From Roseibacillus sp. (GTDB lineage: Bacteria; Verrucomicrobiota; Verrucomicrobiia; Verrucomicrobiales; Akkermansiaceae), in the NCBI GenBank assembly GCA_965242925.1, contig CBDEUM010000018.1, positions 1 through 64,000 of the forward strand: a stretch of DNA of 64,000 nucleotides, written 5' to 3'. The notes below the pieces were generated by a model. The model searched no databases, was not told the DNA's origin, and worked only from the letters and a program-made list of their open reading frames with translations. Made by a program: the position numbers and the translations under genes. The first letter of the stretch is position 1. Every line of letters starts with the position of its first letter. Of the stretch, positions 57,497 through 64,000 are shown in pieces.

Positions 57497-58257
57497 TGTT
57501 CCTTGTTCAGGGTCAGATGGAGGCTGACCACTTCGATGAGTTCCGCTGCGGAAGACTCCACCTGCAGGACGAAGTCGTTGATGATTCCGGTGAAGTAGTT
57601 GAAGGCCATGTAGGCGGGGATTCCCACACACAGTCCGAAGGCGGTGGTGAGGAGAGCTACCCGGATTCCCGCCGCAGCAGCCTGCACGATGTTCTGCTGA
57701 CCCACGTTGGCCTCGATGTCGCCGAAGGCCACGATCATTCCCTGCACGGTGCCGAGGAAGCCCAGCATGGGCGCCACACTGGCAATGGTGGCCAGCAGGG
57801 GAAGGTGTCGCTCAAGGGCGGCCACGATATGCACCCCGGAGTTCTCCATGCTTTTTATGACCTGTTCCTCAAGCTGGGCCTGGTCATATTTCAGGCGGCG
57901 CAGGACGAGATACTTGCGCAGGCCACTGGAGAGGACGGCGGGAACCGGACCCTGTGATCTGTCACAGAGGCTGAGTGATTCCTCAACCCTGTCCTCGGAG
58001 AGCAGGGTGGTCACTTCCTCGCGCAAGCTGCTGGAATCGACTTCCAGCAGCTTGAGACTGCGATAGCGCTCGATCACGACTGCAAGGACCAGGATGAGAA
58101 GGATGAGGATGGGCCACATGAAGATTCCCCCTTCCAGGAAGATGCCGATCGCACCGCTGCTGAAGAAGTCCCGGAAAAACTCCATGGCCTTGTTCAGTGC
58201 CCCGGTGGTTTCCTCGGAGGCGGCAGATTGGGCAAGCAGGGGGGGGAGGTATGGCAT
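57493..58257 (-). CDS. exbB: MotA/TolQ/ExbB proton channel family protein
   Basis: GG.FMWPI..L..VIER, IASVAPMLGFLGTV.GMI.AF, GI.VALLTTAFGL.VGIPA..FNYF. Confidence 0.92.
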   Translation of the reverse strand: MPYLPPLLAQSAASEETTGALNKAMEFFRDFFSSGAIGIFLEGGIFMWPILILLILVLAVVIERYRSLKLLEVDSSSLREEVTTLLSEDRVEESLSLCDRSQGPVPAVLSSGLRKYLVLRRLKYDQAQLEEQVIKSMENSGVHIVAALERHLPLLATIASVAPMLGFLGTVQGMIVAFGDIEANVGQQNIVQAAAAGIRVALLTTAFGLCVGIPAYMAFNYFTGIINDFVLQVESSAAELIEVVSLHLTLNKEQ

Positions 58258-58268
58258 GGGGGTATGGG

Positions 58269-61200
58269 TTATTCGTCGTCCAGGTTCGCTTCGCGTTCAA
58301 ACTGGGCCAGCATCTCGGGCAGGGCAAGACGTCCGCGGGCATACTTGGCAGCGTCGGACTCGGGAAAGTCCCAGCGACAGAGGTTGTAACGCCGGAAGGC
58401 GTTGGGAACGTCGTTGTCCATGCGGTAGCTTTCCCCTGCCCAGAAGAGTGCCTGGGCGGTGAGTTCCTCTTCCGGGAAGCGCTTGACGAACTCGTCGAAG
58501 GCGGTTCCCGCCTTCTCATAGGACTCGTCCTTGTAGTGGCACTGGCCGATCCGGAACCCCATCTTGGGCGTCCATTCGTGGTTGGGGAACTTCTCCAGGA
58601 ATTTCACTCCCACGCTGGCAGCCACCGGGTAGTCCTCCTTGTTGTAGAAGTGCTCGTTGATGCGGAGCATGACATTGGCGATGAGGGGGCTCTTTGGATA
58701 AGTGGCAGCCAGAGTGACGTAGGACTCAAGCGCCTCGTCCAGTTGAGCAGCCTGTTCGTAGCACTGGCCGAGCTTGTACTGGGCGTCCGGAGCCAGCTTG
58801 TGTTCGGGATATCCCCGGACGATGGACTTATAGGCCGCGATGGCTTCATCCCATTCCTTCAACTCCTGTGCAAACTGTCCCAGAAGGTAGGCAATACGTG
58901 GCGCATATCTTGGATGAGGGTAGTCTTCCTTCACCTCGCGCAGGACCCGTCGTCCCAGGCTCAGATTGGCCAGGGCCTCTTCTTCCTGCTCCAGTTTGAG
59001 GTGGCTCTTGAAGAGTTCAAAGTAGCTCTCCGCAATGTGGAACTGGGTCTGGATGGCGAGATCCTCATTCTTGTAGACCTTGCTGAAGGCGGACATGATG
59101 CCGTCCGTTCCTACTGCGACGGGAAGGCCCACCGTAATGATGGGCTCACCCTCGGCCGTGTGGATCACGTTGTCGAGATAGCCCACCGTGAGGGCGTCAC
59201 CGAAAAAGCACTCCACCTCACCCTGTGAGTTGCCGGGGGCAGGCTGGGTCGAGGACTTGAGAGGGAAAGAGCCGCTGAAGATCCCGCTATGACTGAGAGT
59301 CTCTTCCACTTCAAGGGTTTCGTCCTCCCCCGACCCGGTCTTGACCCGGATCAGGGCCTTGTCCCGTTCGCCCGAGATGTCGAGGTCGGGGTCCTTGAGC
59401 CAGAGGTAGATCTTCTTGCCCAAATAGGCAATCTCGGCGTCTTCCTGGTATTCCTCGTCGGTAAGGCGGAGAGTGGCGGCGGTGGCGAGTTCGGCGTGGG
59501 CGGCTCGTTCTACGGCCTCGCCGGAGGGTCGGCGCTCGTCCTGATAGCGGGTTACGAACCTGTCCTGGCCGTTCACATTGAGGACGAGGAGACCAGGTTC
59601 CCGCTCTGGACCTCCATCCAGGAGATCCCCCTCCGCTGCGGGTGGCGGCAGGACGCGCCCCAGTCCGGGGCGTGCGATCGTGCCGTCCGCAGGGACGGAG
59701 GCCGCGCTGTTGAGATCGCCCAGGAGCAGGGGGACCTGCCCCACGAACCGTCCTTCCCAGAGGGCAGCATTTCCGACCTGGTCAACTTCCTCGGTGGCCG
59801 GGGCAAACCCGCGGGAGAGGACGCATTCCACCTTCACGCGGGAACCCTGCGTGGTTTCCACTTCCACGGTCACCGTACTCTGGGAGTCCTTGGCCTGGTC
59901 CGGGTCGATGACTTCCACGGTGAGAGGCAGATAATAGTCGATCTTACTTACATGGTCGGTGGGACGGGTTGCCGCCACCGGGACAAAGGTGCGTTCACCC
60001 TCCACAGCCTTCACGCTGTCAACGATCTGCAGGATCGCCTCCGTCGGCTCGTTGAGAAGGACCACCGCCTCGCGGTAGGAAGCGTGACCGGGGAAGGTGT
60101 TCTGCTCGTCCTTGTAGCGAAGGTAGATCTTGTCACCCTGTTTCACCACCAGCTTTTCGCCGTCGGGCTGGGCAGCAGTATCGATTTCGGCCACGAAGAT
60201 CCCGGTGGAAGTCCCGGTTTCAGTAGCGGTCAGGGAGCGGCGTGTATTGGCATTGACCTGGACCTGCACTTCGACGGAGTCCTTTCCGCTGGTGGTGTCC
60301 AGGTCGTAGTCGACCACTTCAGCCACGATGCGCTCGCCAGGCTCGATCCGCAGGAGTTCCTTGCGCGCCCCCCTCACCGATCCGTCTCCACCGCGAATGA
60401 AGTTGTAACTGATAGGCGTGATTCCGCCGTTGTGGTAGGTGGCGGTCAGGCGGGCGGTGAGCAGCTTGTTGCGCTGGGCGCCCCCCGCGGTGATCTCGTC
60501 GAGGTAGGAAACCTCCACCGTGTCACCGGGGGCCAGCTCAAGAATGTCATTCCCGGCCAACTGGAGGACATCCTGCTCCGGTGGCACGTGCAGGGTTGCT
60601 CCACCCCTTACCTCGATGTGATTGACGGCGACGGCTTCCCCCCGGTACTCGAGAATTTGATATTCAAGAAAGCGCATCTCGTGGGAGGGAAGGGACAGTC
60701 TCCAGACATTCTCCTGCTGGGTGATGAGGCCTTCGAGCGGTCCCTCGATCCGGGGGAAGTCCGCGGCCCGGCTCAGGTCGAAGTCCTGTTCATTAAAATT
60801 ACGGAGGGTTACGCTGGCAGTCTGGGCATTGTCCCGGGCCCGGGTGGCGCTTCCCGCTTCCCCTCCGGCCGAGACGATGGAGACCACGGTAATGGTGTGT
60901 ACTCCCGCCCTGGCGTAGATATCCGCTTCCCGGCCACCCTCCCCCATGGGCAATTCAAGGCGGCCATCGATCATGAGACCGGTGTGTTGACCGGTCACCG
61001 AGAAACGCATCCCACCTTCCCTCTCCTGAAAGAACCTGCCGGACCAGACGAGGAAGAACGCGTCCTCACCCTCTCCCGGTGGTGACCAGGAGAGCCGCGT
61101 GACGTTTTCCTCAAGGTCAGGGTTGATCTTCTCGACGAGGCTTACGATATCTTTCCAGGCGTAGCTTTGGAGCAACTTGCTCTTCTGGGTCTTGTAGAGG

Positions 61201-63998
61201 CGCATGGTCATTTCCCCCTCTCCGAAGGTGATGGGAGTATTCCGCTCCGGGGTTGGAAAGCGGGCCAGGGTGTACCAGAAGCGTCCGTCGTGGCTTCCGC
61301 GAAGGTGCAGGCGCACGGGAGCCTCCCTTTCGGCATCCGGGGACATGAGGGAGATAGTGTCGACCTCCCGAAGTTCCTTCAGATCGATGGACAGTGTCTT
61401 GGGGGCTGCGCCGTCGGGTTCACTACGCCATGCAGTGTCCTTGCTGTGGTCGATGGCCATCAGCGCGCTGTGGTCGAGGGCGGAGTCACTGGCCCGTGCC
61501 CCGGCGGGAAGTTCCCCGGTGGGCACGGTGCCGCTGAAGATGCCACCGTGCTGGCTTTCTTCCGGGATTTTCGTCTCTACCTGGTCGCCGCTGGAGGCTT
61601 TTAGAACGATGGGCACTCCATCCGGTTCCCTGGTCAGGTCGCGGTCGCCATCCTTCACCTGTGTATAAATGAGATTGCCGGGTTTGATCTGGTCGCGGGG
61701 ACGCTGATGGGCCTTGCCCTGGTCCTCAGCGACCTCCTGGTCCTTTCGTTGCAGGGCTTCCGTGAAGGATTCGTTCTCCTCGTCGAGGATCGCACTGCTG
61801 GCTACGGCGAGGCTGCCGTCGGAGGCCACCTTGAGGCGGGTGGCACTCAGGAATTCGAACTGGAACTCCTTCTTGAACTCGGCCGGATAGTCGACCGTAA
61901 TGGTGTCTCCGCCGGTAACCTCAAGGGTTCCGCTCTCAACCTGGGCCACTCCCAGAGCGGTGGGGAGATCGGACAGGAAGATGCCCTTTCCAGCGCCGCC
62001 GCTGACGAGGAAGGACTTCTCGACATCGCCGCCGGGGTCGGTGCGCACGACCACCGGGATGCGCGTTTCCCCCCGGCTGATCCCGAGATCAGTATCCTGG
62101 ACCACCACCGAAAGGGCCTTCCCCGGAGTGTGCCAGAGCTTCGATTCGCGTCCGAGCCGGCCCACCGTGCGGAGGGTTTCGAGCTGGGTGAGGTAGCGTT
62201 GTTCGATGCCGTAGACCTCAGCCAGGTTGAAGAGAGTTTCGTTGGCGAGTTCAGCGTCCGGAGCGCGTTCGAGGACGGAGAGAAAGATCCTGCGGGCCGC
62301 CACATTGTTTTCCTGCCTGATCTCAAGAACACCAAGCAGGAACTCAGCGCGAATATTGACCTGCGGGTTGGGGTTCTCGGAGAGCTCAAGGAAGATCTCC
62401 CCGGCCTGGTCGTAAACCTTCTGCGCCATGAATGTCTCCCCGATACCGAACCGGGCCTCTACGGCTTCGGGCTGATCCTTGTAGTGATTGAGGACGGAGG
62501 TGAACTCCGCGCGGGCGACATCGTACTGTTGCGAGCGCTGGTAGTTGCGGGCCAGAAGAAGTTGCACGCGGGCCTTGTCCCTGACTTCCACGCTTCCAGA
62601 CTCACCGTTCTTGATAAGCCATCCCCGCAGGATGTCTTCAGCACGCAGGTGATCTGCTTCCGTTCCCTGGCTGATATGGGCCTCCGCCCCGAAGAGGATG
62701 AGTTCGACCGGCAGGTCGGCCTGGTTCTTGTCGAAAAGCTGCCGGTTCCGGTAGTAGGCCTGCTCGGCCAGCTCTTCTTCACCCAGTCGGAGGTGGAGGA
62801 TAATCTGGAGGAGGGGAGCGATGGGGCTGTCTTCCGGAATATCGGCACTGAGGCTGCCCATCTTTCCGTAGGCCTTGCGCAGGAGTGCGCGTGCGTCATT
62901 CAATTCCTTTTCCCCTACCCCGCGAATGATGTGGATCAGGCCGTTGAGAACAGTGGCCCCCATCTGATGATCTCCGCGTGCGATGGCTCCCTGGGCGTAG
63001 GGGTAGATGCGGCGCCAGCTTTCGTGGTGCTGGTTGGAAAAGAGAATGACGCGGTAGGCTTCGCGGAGGCGGGTCATGCCCCTGGGTGCGCTGGCGAGGA
63101 GTTCCAGGGCTGCCTCGGTGCTCACACGTGGCAGGTTGAGGGCGCCGACGATTCGGTAGACCTGGGCCTTCTGGTCGGCATTCCACTCCTTGGAGGCTCG
63201 CGCAGTTTCCAGCCAGCCACGGGCTGGGAGTTCCCCGATGCGACCGGAGCGGAAGGGATGCTTCACCCGCTGCCCGATGGCATTCTTCATGATGAGATCC
63301 ATCCGGGGCAGATCACCGGCCCGGAATGCGAGGTCGGCGAGGGCGTTGGAGTGGGTACCCGGATGGTAGCTGGCGGATGCCTGGCGCAGTTTCAGGAAGG
63401 CGGAGGCCTGGGCGGGTTCCAGCCTGGCTGCTACCCGTTCGGCACAGTTGACGCATTCCTGGTGATCAGGAGCAATGTTCATCCGACCGCGCCACCATGC
63501 GATGGCCTCCTCCTTCATCTCGATTTCCCACATGATGTCACCGATGCGGGTGGTGTGATAGAGCGGATTGGAGCTGAGGGGAGAGGCCTTTGCAATCCAG
63601 GGGAGGGCTTTACGGATAATCATGGGATCGCGCGTGTCGATCAGCCGCTGCCAGGTATTCGGGGTGGTGGCCTGCGGGGGAAAGGTGAGGACATGGCGGG
63701 CGGCGGCGGCCTGCATTTCCTTGGCCTGGTCACTGTAAGTGGCAGCTTCCAGCCACTTCTGGGCTCCTGCGTAGTCCTTGGGGAATTCGGAGCAGAGTTG
63801 ACGGTAATGCTCGGCGGCCTTCTTCTGTGAGGTGCCTCCGAAGTGATGGAGATAGTTGTAGGCGAGTGTGGTGAGGAGGAGGCGGCGCAGCTCCGGAGGC
63901 TGTTTCTGCTGGAGAAGTTGTTTGCAGGCTTGTCCCGACTTTCCGCCGGGTTCCCCGACCTGGACCCACAGGCGAGTGTTGGTTTCATTGCTGAAAGT
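58269..63998 (-). CDS. Giant TPR / Ig-like repeat / discoidin / PA14 protein (5'-truncated by the window edge, at least 1909 aa)
   Basis: Frame stays open for 94 more codons upstream of ATG 63716, up to the window edge; TPR blocks flank five DxDxD...GxF...GD...Y.D repeats. Confidence 0.88.
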   Translation of the reverse strand, partial: TFSNETNTRLWVQVGEPGGKSGQACKQLLQQKQPPELRRLLLTTLAYNYLHHFGGTSQKKAAEHYRQLCSEFPKDYAGAQKWLEAATYSDQAKEMQAAAARHVLTFPPQATTPNTWQRLIDTRDPMIIRKALPWIAKASPLSSNPLYHTTRIGDIMWEIEMKEEAIAWWRGRMNIAPDHQECVNCAERVAARLEPAQASAFLKLRQASASYHPGTHSNALADLAFRAGDLPRMDLIMKNAIGQRVKHPFRSGRIGELPARGWLETARASKEWNADQKAQVYRIVGALNLPRVSTEAALELLASAPRGMTRLREAYRVILFSNQHHESWRRIYPYAQGAIARGDHQMGATVLNGLIHIIRGVGEKELNDARALLRKAYGKMGSLSADIPEDSPIAPLLQIILHLRLGEEELAEQAYYRNRQLFDKNQADLPVELILFGAEAHISQGTEADHLRAEDILRGWLIKNGESGSVEVRDKARVQLLLARNYQRSQQYDVARAEFTSVLNHYKDQPEAVEARFGIGETFMAQKVYDQAGEIFLELSENPNPQVNIRAEFLLGVLEIRQENNVAARRIFLSVLERAPDAELANETLFNLAEVYGIEQRYLTQLETLRTVGRLGRESKLWHTPGKALSVVVQDTDLGISRGETRIPVVVRTDPGGDVEKSFLVSGGAGKGIFLSDLPTALGVAQVESGTLEVTGGDTITVDYPAEFKKEFQFEFLSATRLKVASDGSLAVASSAILDEENESFTEALQRKDQEVAEDQGKAHQRPRDQIKPGNLIYTQVKDGDRDLTREPDGVPIVLKASSGDQVETKIPEESQHGGIFSGTVPTGELPAGARASDSALDHSALMAIDHSKDTAWRSEPDGAAPKTLSIDLKELREVDTISLMSPDAEREAPVRLHLRGSHDGRFWYTLARFPTPERNTPITFGEGEMTMRLYKTQKSKLLQSYAWKDIVSLVEKINPDLEENVTRLSWSPPGEGEDAFFLVWSGRFFQEREGGMRFSVTGQHTGLMIDGRLELPMGEGGREADIYARAGVHTITVVSIVSAGGEAGSATRARDNAQTASVTLRNFNEQDFDLSRAADFPRIEGPLEGLITQQENVWRLSLPSHEMRFLEYQILEYRGEAVAVNHIEVRGGATLHVPPEQDVLQLAGNDILELAPGDTVEVSYLDEITAGGAQRNKLLTARLTATYHNGGITPISYNFIRGGDGSVRGARKELLRIEPGERIVAEVVDYDLDTTSGKDSVEVQVQVNANTRRSLTATETGTSTGIFVAEIDTAAQPDGEKLVVKQGDKIYLRYKDEQNTFPGHASYREAVVLLNEPTEAILQIVDSVKAVEGERTFVPVAATRPTDHVSKIDYYLPLTVEVIDPDQAKDSQSTVTVEVETTQGSRVKVECVLSRGFAPATEEVDQVGNAALWEGRFVGQVPLLLGDLNSAASVPADGTIARPGLGRVLPPPAAEGDLLDGGPEREPGLLVLNVNGQDRFVTRYQDERRPSGEAVERAAHAELATAATLRLTDEEYQEDAEIAYLGKKIYLWLKDPDLDISGERDKALIRVKTGSGEDETLEVEETLSHSGIFSGSFPLKSSTQPAPGNSQGEVECFFGDALTVGYLDNVIHTAEGEPIITVGLPVAVGTDGIMSAFSKVYKNEDLAIQTQFHIAESYFELFKSHLKLEQEEEALANLSLGRRVLREVKEDYPHPRYAPRIAYLLGQFAQELKEWDEAIAAYKSIVRGYPEHKLAPDAQYKLGQCYEQAAQLDEALESYVTLAATYPKSPLIANVMLRINEHFYNKEDYPVAASVGVKFLEKFPNHEWTPKMGFRIGQCHYKDESYEKAGTAFDEFVKRFPEEELTAQALFWAGESYRMDNDVPNAFRRYNLCRWDFPESDAAKYARGRLALPEMLAQFEREANLDDE

Positions 63999-64000
63999 CT

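Noticed and set aside
57493..58257. Flagellar MotA stator
   Set aside because: The partners are ExbD-type with no OmpA-like peptidoglycan-binding MotB domain, and there are no flagellar genes in the window.
1..64000. CRISPR arrays, tRNA/rRNA genes, IS elements, prophage or known defence genes
   Set aside because: All intergenic gaps are under about 350 nt and show no spaced repeats or cloverleaf/T-loop motifs; no ORF has transposase, integrase, phage or nuclease signatures that I recognise.

Overview
GC-rich, gene-dense bacterial chromosomal window with about 40 CDSs. It most likely comes from a Verrucomicrobiales/PVC-superphylum genome, inferred from three DUF1501 genes, two DUF1549/DUF1553 cytochrome-type genes, a Cys-type sulfatase, FG-GAP/ASPIC and PQQ-propeller proteins. 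I saw no rRNA, tRNA, CRISPR array, transposase or integrase. Recognisable genes are galK, a sodium:solute symporter, lipoprotein galM, glpK, lysS (5' end disturbed), a THUMP RNA methyltransferase and ptrB. Most of the rest are exported enzymes or hypothetical proteins. The best candidate for an undescribed system is the translationally coupled minus-strand operon at 52.9-64 kb. It comprises a giant (at least 1909 aa, running off the window) TPR / Ig-like-repeat / discoidin / PA14 protein, ExbB, two ExbD, a 33-codon bridging ORF, a TM plus Pro-rich protein, a membrane-anchored DUF4159 protein and a second TPR protein. No TonB or TonB-dependent receptor is visible. Other notable items are a 2139-aa thioester-less alpha-2-macroglobulin-like secreted protein, a split Tm-1-like gene pair, several unusual domain fusions and recurrent leaderless-type promoters. 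All domain calls come from motif recognition by eye; no searches were run.
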